Below, in pieces: positions 39,828 through 50,690 of a stretch of DNA of 64,000 nt. Below the pieces are notes generated by a model. The model searched no databases and had not been told where the DNA came from. It saw only the letters and a list, made by a program, of their open reading frames with translations. The stretch comes from Oikopleura dioica (taxonomy: Eukaryota; Animalia; Chordata). How positions within the stretch are numbered: position 1 is the stretch's first letter; each line of letters opens with the position of its first letter. Where the stretch lies: contig OU015568.1 of the NCBI GenBank assembly GCA_907165135.1, positions 13,578,001 through 13,642,000 on the forward strand. The letters run 5' to 3'. A program made the position numbers and the translations under genes.

Positions 39828-42800
39828 TCAACTTTTCGAGCAAGCTTCGCAAACACGTTGGGGCTTATCGCTTGATGGCATCATTATCGTAAAATTACTA
39901 CATTGCCAGCAGAAAATAATGCTGAAAAGAAAGAGATACTAACATAGAGATTCATAAGGGATTCTTACCCGCATTTTCTACAGTGATGTCTTCTAACAAG
40001 CAGCGAGAATTCTGCCGAGCATCCGCGACAATTAGACACTTCCTCATCGGCTTCCCATCTCACCGATTTTTCAGCGTTCCATTGGACCTTGTTTCAGTAA
40101 GTTTTTGCCTCGCAAAATTTTGACTACCTGAAGCTCGGCATGTTTGGCCCCCAGTTCCGATAACGCGGTCTTCGATTGAGAAAGAACTTTTACGTTTTCA
40201 TCGTATTTCAATTTCAATGTATTTTTGTCTTCGGTGAGGTGGTATATTTCCGAAGCCATCTCAGTCTGTGAGTCTTCCATCTTTTTGTATTCTAGCTTGA
40301 AGTTTTTGAGTTTGAGCTCAGTGTCTGAGAGCCGTTGAGATAGATCCTCGCGCGTTTGACATGAACTTTCCAGTTGCTTTTCGAGAGATTGAATTTGCTC
40401 TTCAGCTGAAAAAAGAAATAAATGAATAAAGCTGAACCTATAGAAAATTACCATCAGACAGCTCTTTTTTCGTTCGTTGGAATTTCTCGTTAGCAAGAAG
40501 GAATTCTTCATGCGTTTCATTTTCCTTTTGCAACGAGTTTTCCAGCGATTTCTCTGCTCTCGACTTTTCCATTTTCAATTTTTGCTCCATCTCTTGCGCA
40601 ACAGATGCTTTCTTTTTAAGATCATTGACGGTGGAAGTTAATTTTTCCGACTGGCTTAGAAGAGTATCTCTTGTTTTCAGCCAAGATTCCTTTTCAGCCA
40701 GAACTCGTGCAAGCTCAGTTTCTGCTTGGCGAGCCGTCTGCTTCGATGATTTAAGAGATTCAGTAAGCTGGGTCGACGACTTTTCGATAGCTGCAATTTT
40801 CTCATCTTTCTTTATAAGGTTACGTTCATCACTGTTAAATTAAATGCGACTAGCCTCTCGAATTATCATCAAGTATGGAGAAATCTGTCTTGACTTCCAT
40901 TTGCTAATACAAAAGCACATCTACTGATTCCGGGCACCTTAAATTTTCCGGAACGGTTTAAGAAAAGCGGATAACACTTTTCAAACTACCCAAATCAATA
41001 TGTTCAACCAAAGACGCATCAATTATTCTAGAACCTTTTCCTTTGCTATTTCAGCCACAAAGCCGTCCAGCTGTCCTTTCAGTTCCGACAGTTCCTCGTC
41101 CTTGGACACAAGACTTTCCGCCCACATTCCCGCTTCTTTTTGAGAAGCTGCAATCTGTTCAATATGTTGCTCCAAGGATTTAGTCGCGCTTTCTTTTTCT
41201 TCTCGAAGCTCTTTGTTAGTCTCCGTCAGGCTCAAAACGTCTTGTTCGAAAAGCTCCATTTGCTTTTCAAGCTTTTCGCGCTCTTTCATCATTTCTCCGA
41301 CGAGCTAAATTGAAATTTGAAATCTTCCTTTTCTTTGTTGATTTCACCTTTTCGGAATCAGCACAGCTCGAGTTCAGCTCCGTCACAGTCTTTTGCAGCT
41401 CCTTTATTTGTCTTTGCGAGCCGGAAAAGTTCTCAGTCAGATCCTTCATCTTCAGTTCCGCGGCATCAAGTTTTTTCGTCGTTGATTGATAGTCGTTTTT
41501 GAAGGACTCACATTCCTCCCTTAGCTCCGAGATTTCTGATATTGACTTTTCATTCTGTCCTTCAAGATTTTGAATATGCTTGAGAAATGTTGCATTTGAG
41601 TTTTCAAGGGCTTCTCGGAAGTCTTCAAGCTCTGCTGCTTTCAATTCAAGTTCCACCTTTTCTTTTTCGAGGTTGTCGACGTGGCTTATTTTCGGATAGA
41701 CCAATATTTTCTAGATACTCTTCTTGATAATCATTATTTTTGATAAAAAAATTTGGGTTTCAGCCTCAGGCGTCAAGTTATGACGCCCCATCCAAAAGCC
41801 AGGGGAAAAGGATACATTTATTTAGTTCGAGTTATATAGATTTTCTATCCAACAAAAGACGCAGCTGATCTGACGGATGCATCAGACTTCACTGGAGAAG
41901 ACATCTCCGAAATCGCAGCAGAACGCATACGAATGGTCACTTTCACAAGCAGTAAGAAAATCCGTCAAAATTATATAATTTCTAAGTTATTCAGTCGTGT
42001 GGATGCTTCTGATAATTGTCTCCTTTGGCTTTTACGTACGGTTCCTAACGATTTCCTGCTAAATTGTAGACAAATTTTTGTTTTTCTGATGATGAACCAA
42101 TAACAGATCCACTGCTGCCGACCGGAGCTAGAACCTGAAAACGACGAGGAAATGTCATCAGAAGAAAAGAGCGTCGACGATGGAGATACCCCGTGAAACC
42201 CCAATACTGAAAAAATCACTTAGCGCCAAAAAATATTCAACCAAATGTATTGCCGTATATTTTTATGCCGTTTTATAAAAAAAATCCTCTAGTTTTCATA
42301 TTTTTAGAATGAGAAACTATATTCGAGTACTTTTGGATGAGAAGCTTCAGCTCGGGCACGAAAAAGATGGCGTAGCTGGTAGAAGTTCTGTAAGTTAGCG
42401 CTTCCTACTAAATTCAGTTAGAATCATTATCTTGAGAATTATATATTTTAGCATGTCTTGGGACCAGAAGCAACGCCGGAATTCGATACTCTGAGAATAA
42501 CCACAATGAGCATTGGTATACTTTTCTTAACTTCAACGGTTTCTCAAACGATTTTCAGCGATAACACTGTTTGTGCTCAACGTGATTTTCCTCGTCTATG
42601 TCAATATCAACGAGCCAAAGAAAAAGGCAAAAGAAGAAGCGTAATGTCTATCCATTTCCTGTGCAACTTCGAAAGCTCTTCATTCAAGCCTGCGTTTTCG
42701 TTCAAAGTCTCTGTCAACCGACTGCTCGCTTCAAGATATTTTTCTTCCGCTTCTGCTGTCGCTTTTTTAAGTTCGGAATCATCTGAATAAATTTTATGTT

Positions 42801-43726
42801 CCTCCTTCAATCATCAAAAAAGAGACTTACCCTTTGAAAGAGTACTCTCTATCGAATCGAGTTTTTCTTGAATGAATTGATTGTTTTTGGCGCTTTCATC
42901 GAGCTTCTGCTGTGCTTCGGACAGGGCAAATTGTAATTCGTTGATTTTTGAAGCGCTATTTTGGTTTTCTAGGAGCTGGTGATCAAGTAAGTTCTTCTGC
43001 TCTTGTACAGTGGATTCTAGCATTGAAACTTTTGAGTGAAGTTCGTTGGATGTCTCCTGGGACGATTGCAGTCGTTCCTCTGATGATTTCAACGATTCCT
43101 GCAAGGAAACGCATTGTTCTGTCAGATCGCGTTCTATTTGCGTCTTAACAGATATCTCGGAGGACTTCTCATCGACTTCGAGAAGAAGTTGACTGTTTTT
43201 GGCGGTGAGTTCTGCGGCTAAAATATCTCGCTCGGCAATTTCTCTCTCTAATTGCTTTGTTTGAGTTTCTAGCTGTGAATATTTGGCTTCTAGGTCTTTC
43301 TGTTCATGATTGAGAAGAGTTATTCTATTTGTTACTTTATCAAGGGTTTTATCAATCTTTTCCTTTTGAAGAAGTTGAGCTTTTAGCTCTTTTATTTCAT
43401 TTCTGAGGTCGTTTTCGGCATTGGAGTTGTTGGCGGCGGCTGGGCGGGAAACTGGGGGACGGGAGTTAGTCTGGGCGGGTGGAGCTGCTGGTTGGAAATT
43501 TTCACCGTCATGAGTGGAGTGGTGTTGAATCAAGAGCTCGGGATCGGTGAAACGCTTTCGACAGACTGGACATTGAAAATCGCCTTGGCCTGATTCTGGG
43601 TTCGAAAACGACTATACGAACACTTATTGTACGATCTCGTGAACCTTTTCCTTCATTATCAATGGAAAGATTTTGCTCAAGTTTTCTCGTTGCTTCTTGT
43701 GCGGCTTCTTTTATCCTACTGAACAT
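39828..43726 (-). CDS. EEA1: Early endosome antigen 1
   Basis: N-terminal C2H2 finger [23 protein letters not shown]; long coiled coil; C-terminal [45 protein letters not shown]. Confidence 0.92.
41840..42196 (+). CDS. Nested antisense single-pass membrane microprotein A in an EEA1 intron (N-terminus uncertain)
   Basis: GT-AG introns 41952..41994 and 42036..42106 give ...[53 protein letters not shown]. Confidence 0.6.
42309..42644 (+). CDS. Nested antisense single-pass membrane microprotein B (76 aa) in an EEA1 intron
   Basis: TTTTAG-A-ATG start; GT-AG introns 42390..42451 and 42516..42558 keep the frame: [76 protein letters not shown]. Confidence 0.68.
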
Positions 43727-43910
43727 CTTAATACAAAAGTTTAAAAGTGAAACCTCTTTTTTCTTTAATTAACATCTTCGACAAAACGAATAAATAAATA
43801 GATATCGAGAATTTGTATATTTTTGAACATTTGTTGTTATCAATCAGTAGGATAAAGGTAGAGAAGTTGAACCAGAGGATATATTTGCTTCAAATCAAGA
43901 TGGATTAAGA

Positions 43911-44438
43911 TTAAATGTTGAATGATTCTCCGCAGCCACAGGTGCCTTTTATATTCGGGTTGCTAATGTTCACGTTAATAATTGATATGAGTTTGTGAAA
44001 ACACCTGAATATGAAGCCTTCTTCCAATTTATTTGAAGAGTAGTCCATTTCCGTGCCGAGAAGTGTCATTTGCGCTTTCATATCGATGATTACTGTGACT
44101 CCATCTTCAGTGACCTCAAAATTCAGTCAGCTTTTGAATGAGAATAGAAGTACTTACAGTTTCTTCGAACTTCTTTTTACTTTCAATATCGGCATGTTCC
44201 AGTGTGTAGGCCATTCCGTTGCAGCCCTTCGTGCGGAGACCGATTCTGAAGACCGCACTGTTGCTGGGTTCGTCTTGGGCCAAAATCTGCCATTGAAAAC
44301 TTTTATTTATGACAAGGGAAATGTATTTACTTTGAGACGATCGATAGCAGCAGGTGTAAACGTCAAGGGAGCTCTTGTAGGCGCGAGCGGCCTGGCCCTA
44401 GAACGGACAACGCGAATGGCACCAGCAGCGCGGGACAT
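43911..44438 (-). CDS. ISCA1: Iron-sulfur cluster assembly 1, mitochondrial
   Basis: PTRAPLTFTPAAIDRLK, GLRTKGCNGMAYTL, KAQMTLLGTEMDY, NPNIKGTCGCGESFNI*. Confidence 0.96.
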
Positions 44439-44560
44439 GACTTAAACCGACTTAGATTTCTAAACACTGGATTTGTTAGGAAGAAATGAGCGATATTTGA
44501 TTTGAATAGGAACAAGTAATGAATTTAAGGACTGCTTGGGAGATTATTTGAAGAACGGAA

Positions 44561-45437
44561 CTACTCGGCTTTTTGCTTTGAAGCTGTGTAACGCTTTGAA
44601 TATTCATCGTATCCATCCATATTCTGAAAATTCATTGGCTAAAGCAAGTCTTGCAAGAGGGTCACTTCACCTGCAACTCTTTTTCCGTGAAGATATTTCC
44701 ATCTGCAGAAATGACGGATATATTCGATTCCTTCAGAATATCAGTTGGAATGGATTGGAGACAGTTTTCTTCTACCCTCAGAACTTTTAATCTTGCACCT
44801 AAAATTGCATTTAGAAGAGAAATCAGGAAATTAAACTAACATTTTTTCAAGCCAGAAGGTAGCTTGCCGATTTGATTTTGATTGAGGTTGATTTCGATGC
44901 ATTTTAAATTCTCTATTCCGGCTTCATCGATTTCCGAGATTTTGTTTTTCTCGAGATTCAGCGCATCGAGTTGAGGTAAAGCGTAAATACATGAAGAAAG
45001 TCGTTTTATATGGTTATTTGAAAGGTCGAGCTAATAAAATTTAGTTGGAAAAATGTAGTTCTTCGTTGGTTACCGTTTTTAAATTTTTGCATTGCGAAAG
45101 GTCTGGAATCTTTGTCAGAACGTTGTTTGAGGCGAGCAGCGTCTCCAATTTGGGCAGCTAGACGATCAAATAAACAATGAAAAGAGCAAGATTTCCTTAC
45201 CATGCTAACGTTAATCTCCGTTAGTCTATTGTTGCTGATTTTCAGCATTTTCATCATTCCCATTCGTTCGATTCCACTGGGCCATCGAGCGAGCCGATTG
45301 TTTGACGCATCGAGGGTGCGCAACTTTGTGATTTTGAAAATCTCCGGCGGAATTTCTTCCAATTTCAAATTGGCGATTGTACAGACGCCAGTCTTTTGCG
45401 CCGTCTCAAGATGTAGCTTGCTTCCCTTGTTGCCCAT
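44561..45437 (-). CDS. LRRC57: Leucine-rich repeat-containing protein 57
   Basis: MGNKGSKLHLETAQKTGV, LRTLDASNN, LRVEENCL, C-terminal MDGYDEYSKRYTASKQK. Confidence 0.92.
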
Positions 45438-45524
45438 TTCTCAGCATCTGAACGCAATTAATCAATCATGAGAATTTCTACGTGACGGAATGAAGAATCA
45501 GTGAGATAGGAAGAAATAAAAGAA

Positions 45525-46691
45525 CTAGGCAAATTTCTTAAGAATGAAATAAAGCTCAATGCAAGCCAGAATCGACCCAAAAACAAGACCAACAGCAAAA
45601 CGCATCAATATCTCGTGAAAAATATTGCACAAGAAATACTCGCAGAGAATGAAGACGCACAACATGGAAACGAGAATGGTAACAAAAGGTCCGATGGAAT
45701 CGAGGGTTTCTTTGACGGGCGAAGCTTTCGCGATGGAAGAGTAAGCCGTTGACTTTTTGTTCTGAACCAGAGCTTCGTAGTGGACATGTTGAGCTTTTGC
45801 GCGGACCAGTTCGATGTCTTTCTGGGCGACGGGTGACGATGGCTTCGTTTCTATCCCTTTTGGGAGCTCCTTAATTGGGTTGAGTGTTTCTAGAACAGAC
45901 TTGTTGATCAGGGATGAAAAAATAAAGATAATCAGTTTGAAGAAGAAAAATGAGTCGCAGCCGGGCAAGCAAAAAAGGAGCCAAGGCGCGCAAAACAAGT
46001 CAGCAAGTCAGCAAAAAACATGGCAAATCTCAAAAGGTATAGAATCGCGGAATTATCAAATTTACTTTTACTAGGGAGGAAAGCATTCTCAGAAATTCTT
46101 GAGCAGACGAAAATCCTCAATTACGACAGAAAAATTCCTGACGATGATGAAAGGAGACGAGTTGCTCAAAAGATCTGTCGAAATTCTTTCCAGGTAACTC
46201 TTCTTCAAAGAAAATGGTCTTATGAACAATGCTAGTGCCGAGCGAAAACGACGGGCAGATCAAGCTCTGGCTGAAAAGCTCGAAAAAGCGAGGATTCAAG
46301 AGCAAGAAAAAGCAAGACAAGTTAAACTTGCTGAAAAATCCGCCGAGAAAATAAGCAAAGATCTCGCCAAGCTCAGAGAGGAAATGAAAAAACGATACAA
46401 ACAGTTGAAAAAGCAAGGAAAAGTTTAATGCATTTTCTGCTGTTTTTTCGATATTCTGTTCGCTGTACTTTTAATAAATAAGTTATCTATTTAAAATGAC
46501 ATCTTTCAAGCATAAAAAACAATCTTGAAAGCTGCAAAGTACTTTACCTGAAGTTTGAACTTCGCATGTTCTAGCGCATCCCACCCAAAAGCATTCGACA
46601 CTTTGACCTCTTTATCAACCTTTGCTTTCTCATTCCTTTTCTCATTTTCGTCCTTTTTGTCTGTTTTGCCTCTTTTTCTTTGACGCACCAT
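45525..46691 (-). CDS. TMEM199: V-ATPase assembly factor TMEM199/Vma12; first exon (46691..46548) tentative
   Basis: IELVRAKAQHVHYEALVQN followed by two TM helices ending ACIELYFILKKFA. A phase-0 GT-AG intron 46547..45900 joins ...GWDALEHAKFKLQ to SVLETLNPIKELP. Confidence 0.7.
45950..46428 (+). CDS. 132-aa basic, coiled-coil protein of unknown function, antisense and probably nested in the TMEM199 intron
   Basis: Three exons with GT-AG introns 46037..46074 and 46194..46235 in compatible phases: MSRSRASKKGAKARK...AERKRRADQALAEKLEKARIQEQEK...KQGKV*. Confidence 0.7.
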
Positions 46692-46789
46692 AATAAGTTT
46701 ATCTCGCAATCGTCTCGTAATAGCGCGATGAATCTCCACCAGCGTTGATTGGGCCGCGATGCGAAAGAACGAGACCGATTGGGCCCGCG

Positions 46790-47507
46790 TAGATTAGCGC
46801 GAAGATTCCAGAGCCAGTAAATTTTTGAAGAATTTAGCACTTGAGGGAAGAAGTTGTTAATTTTGAAAGAAGAAAGGATGGAAGGCTCGAATTGGAAAGA
46901 GAAATTCTCCCAGCTGCTCTCTCCTCAATCAGTAAATGATGTCATTCTTCTTTGTATGGTAATTTTGTGTGCCGAAGAATTTTTTGAGAATATGTCTTGA
47001 CGTGCATATGATGGAAAATTCTTCTAATAAGTTCAAATATTTATACGTATAAGGTGAAAAAATGTATTCTAATTCCGCGCCTTTCCGTAAAATTTATTCA
47101 TGAAATTATCTGATTCACCGATTTTGCGAAGCACTGAAGGTCTAGGGCAAAAATAACAGAGGCTGATATTGTTGCGCAGATTCTTTTTTATCCTTTTTAG
47201 CCGCGAAAAATATTTCTCATCCTATTACTTTTTCAATGAACACCTGTCTGCAAACGTCCTATGGCCTGACAAATCGAGACAGTATGATTTGATCTGAGGC
47301 TGTTAACTCACCCATCGTAGCCATGGAAGCGTCTTTTCCGCCCGTGAAAAAAAGTCGCGGTCGCTCATTATTCCCGAATAAGGCGATATCGCGGCGCTCA
47401 GCGCGACTGCCAGATGTGAAGTCCGCATCGCTACGGATTTCCTGACTGACATATTCTATTAGGCAGGCTTCATACTTTATACCCTCATCCAGCATCTCAT
47501 CAAGCAT
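46790..47507 (-). CDS. Possible gene of unknown function; exon structure unresolved
   Basis: ATG-initiated 82-codon ORF 47507..47259 with protein-like composition, at the head of the minus-strand run. No family recognised and downstream exons are ambiguous. Confidence 0.3.
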
Positions 47508-47518
47508 ACTTTCAAATC

Positions 47519-48458
47519 ATGGTTCCAAAAGGTAAGTTGAGGGGAGTTTGAGATGGAGCGGACCAAAATACTTTCCAGGGAAACTTCTACTTTCCAACAC
47601 CCGGGAAGATTCATCGCCTTCATTTTCAAAACTGGCTTTCTGGAAAAAGTCAACCTCAGAGAATTAGAAATTACATAAAAGGTAATTGATATCTGTAGTT
47701 TTGTCTTTGTATATTTTTATTGAAGATCGAAATTGCTCGGAACCGCAGAAAATTATCGACGCAATGGACGAGTACGGAGCCAATGTCGAATGGCATCCTA
47801 GCTATGGGGTTGAAAAAGCCAGAATAATCCGCTCGATTCTTGAAAAAATCTCAGCTGAGAAATCTGAAGCTCTAAATATTGCCGAATTCGGGTCATATGC
47901 TGGTTATATGACAGTTCTTCTTGGGTCATCACTGCGGAATAATTCAAAGATGTACTCTGTGGAGGAAGATTCCGAGTATTCCGACATCTCCTCTGAAATT
48001 TTCCGGTAAAGAATTACTTTAGGAGCATTTGTGAGCATAATTTTCTTGAAGAACGGCTGGACTGTCCAACTGCCAATTCTTGAACGACTCGGCAGAATCA
48101 GCTGTTTCTACAATCAGAGACCTTCATGACGGACAACTCGATTTAGTACTCCTTGATGTTAATACCGAGCAATATCTGCCGACTTTCATTCAACTTCAGA
48201 AAACTGGTCTCATCGGAAAAGGTTCTCAATCATTTCGCTCGTCATTCAATTTTGATTTTAGGAACAACTGTTATCGCCAACAATGCCATCGAGCCAGGCC
48301 TTCCGGATTTTCTCATTTACGTTCGAACTGCTCCAGAGCTTTTCTCCAGTACCCTTCATCCCTGCGTAAGTCAGAGCAAATTATCAAATGCCTATGCTTA
48401 TTAGAAAAATGGATACGAAGATCTTCGCGATGGACTCGAAGAAGTGAACATTCTTTAG
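47519..48458 (+). CDS. Catechol O-methyltransferase-like protein (divergent)
   Basis: SQPQRIRNYIK, QKIIDAMDEY, AEFGSYAGYMTV (SAM motif I), LDLVLLD..YLPTF, GTTVIANNAIEPGLPDFLIYVR, terminal DGLEEV. Confidence 0.85.
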
Positions 48459-48786
48459 AATATTTTAATTGCTTAAACCATTCCCTAACTTTTCGCTCAC
48501 ACTTTCAACAATAATGACCATGTTACTTCACAATTGCCTAGTTTCCTCAAGAACAATCTGTGCCTTCTAATACATTAATATTTCATTTAATACAGTTGAA
48601 AACGGGATGTTTTCACTTGATCTCGGCGCTCGAAATTTGCGTAGTCTTATCACAAGCTGGCGTGTTCCTGGGAGATGGGCGTGCGCACGCCCTCTTTACC
48701 GAATTCTCCGCATACCACGGAAGTATATAATCAGCAGGAATACTAACTCAGGCAGCAACAAAATATCCAACAAGCTATTTACGAAC

Positions 48787-49467
48787 ATGGCATACATGTA
48801 TCCTTGCGCAGCCAACATGCAAACCGGTCAATTTTGCAACACCGTTGAGCCCTCCTACATGGCGGAGCTCTTCAACCAAACTCAAAGCATGATCCATTAC
48901 GGTCATGGAAATATGGTCATGCCAAACATGCCGCCCAACGAAAATGTCAAACCCGACTTTCCGGTAATGAAGATGGAACCCGTCAGTCCTACTTCAAGCA
49001 AACCAGCGAGCCCGATTTCCAGCCAACCCGCCAGTCCGCAGAAGCCAACAAAGCAGCAAAAGCGACCTGGTCCGGCTCCGGCGATACCAGATGATCGAAT
49101 CAGCTCCATTGAACTCATGAAGCGAAATCAACGAAGAGAACGAAATCGGTCAGCTGCCGCCCGTTGCCGCCAAAAGCGTGCAGTCCGAATCGAGCAGCTT
49201 GAAACCGAAGTTATTCGACTTAATCAAGAAAAACAACGATGCTTTGATGAGAATCAAGCTTTGTTGGCACAGATAGCATACTTAAAAGAGCAGCTCAACA
49301 ATGTCTCCGGTTCCCCAACTTTTCCAGACAACCATTTTCCAACCACGCCGACATCTGTTTCCAATCCGTCTACAGCCCCTTCTTCCACTGAAAACTTCTT
49401 CAATAACTTTGACTTTCCTCTTTACCAGAACCAGACGAATCGACAATTTCGATCATATTCTTCATAA
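48787..49467 (+). CDS. Intronless bZIP transcription factor, Fos/ATF3/JDP2 type
   Basis: KRNQRRERNRSAAARCRQKR basic region, followed by a leucine zipper LETEVIRLNQEKQRCFDENQALLAQIAYL. The longer ORF begins at 48607; the start codon is uncertain. Confidence 0.88.
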   Translation: MAYMYPCAANMQTGQFCNTVEPSYMAELFNQTQSMIHYGHGNMVMPNMPPNENVKPDFPVMKMEPVSPTSSKPASPISSQPASPQKPTKQQKRPGPAPAIPDDRISSIELMKRNQRRERNRSAAARCRQKRAVRIEQLETEVIRLNQEKQRCFDENQALLAQIAYLKEQLNNVSGSPTFPDNHFPTTPTSVSNPSTAPSSTENFFNNFDFPLYQNQTNRQFRSYSS

Positions 49468-49578
49468 ACGTCCTTTTATCCTGTCAAAAACTGTGTAGCC
49501 CTAATAAAAAGTAATCAAGCAAAATCCGCTTCAGAACTTTTTCTTGACGTTTGAATAAATAATTTATTGAGGATAAAA

Positions 49579-50402
49579 TTAGGCAGGTTCACGTTTTTTA
49601 AGAAGCTCATCAATATTAAGAGGCTTGATTTCACCACAATCAACAATTTTAATGGCAGCAGGATATAGAGTTCCTGGCATTCTAGACATGTCCATTTGAT
49701 CCAACAGTTTATCTCCTGTTTGGCACTCTCCGAAAACAACGAATCGCCCGCTTAGTTCGTCGAGCTAGAATTGCTTATGGTGAGAAATTTTTCCCGAGCA
49801 TGCACCTTATTCAAAGTGATAAAGAACATCGATCCATTTGTATTCGGCTCTCCTCTATTCGCCATTACGAGTAAACCCCGCTTGTCAACGGGTATTTCTA
49901 AATTTTCATCGTCGAAGTCTCCACCATAGATAGAAAACGGCTCATGATCTCCTGACACGTCACCGCAAAGAATCAACTTTTGGAAATCGACATCTTCGAC
50001 TTTGGTTCCCAATAGGATGATTAATAAATATCATTAGCTTTTCCGGTTGCAAAAGGCCATAAAGTCCGACAATTAATATATAATTGTCTGGCAATTAATC
50101 ACATGTCTTATATGAATGTCCGGCTTCTCCGGTACACAGTTGTCGGAAGTTTTCCGCAGTTCTTGGCACCACCTGATAAACATCTATTGATGTCTCGTAA
50201 GAGATATAATAGTTACCTTATCGTAGAGGTACATATTGATTCTTTGAGGAACATGATTTCCTATTTGGAAGTCAATAAAAACGCGTTTTGACGAAAGTTG
50301 GCCTATATTTTGCGAAATAGACATTTTCGTGTGCTTCAACGGAGTAGCAGCAACTACTGAAGGGCCCATTTGCTGGCCTGATTTTTTAACCGCGTTTCCC
50401 AT
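49579..50402 (-). CDS. Cyclophilin-like protein with degenerate PPIase active site
   Basis: [68 protein letters not shown]. Confidence 0.85.
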
Positions 50403-50690
50403 TATCCGCCAGTCTGTAACCATAATAAAAATGACACTTGTGGAATAAGATATTTTTCAAACACATTATTAGTTGTTTCACAGGCCTTGAACGATGCAAT
50501 CGGTCTGACAGTGGCTCAATTCCTTGCAGATCTCAAGAAATTGTTGAAAAGTTCGGAAGAGGGTTCGAGGATCGAAAAACAGTGAATGTGTTGTGAGTCA
50601 ACCTGTGGCAGATAGAAGTGGTCAACGGAACGGCTTAACTACCGGCGTAGATGAGTCCTTCAAAGAGCCCACAACTTGTTGAAAATCCTC

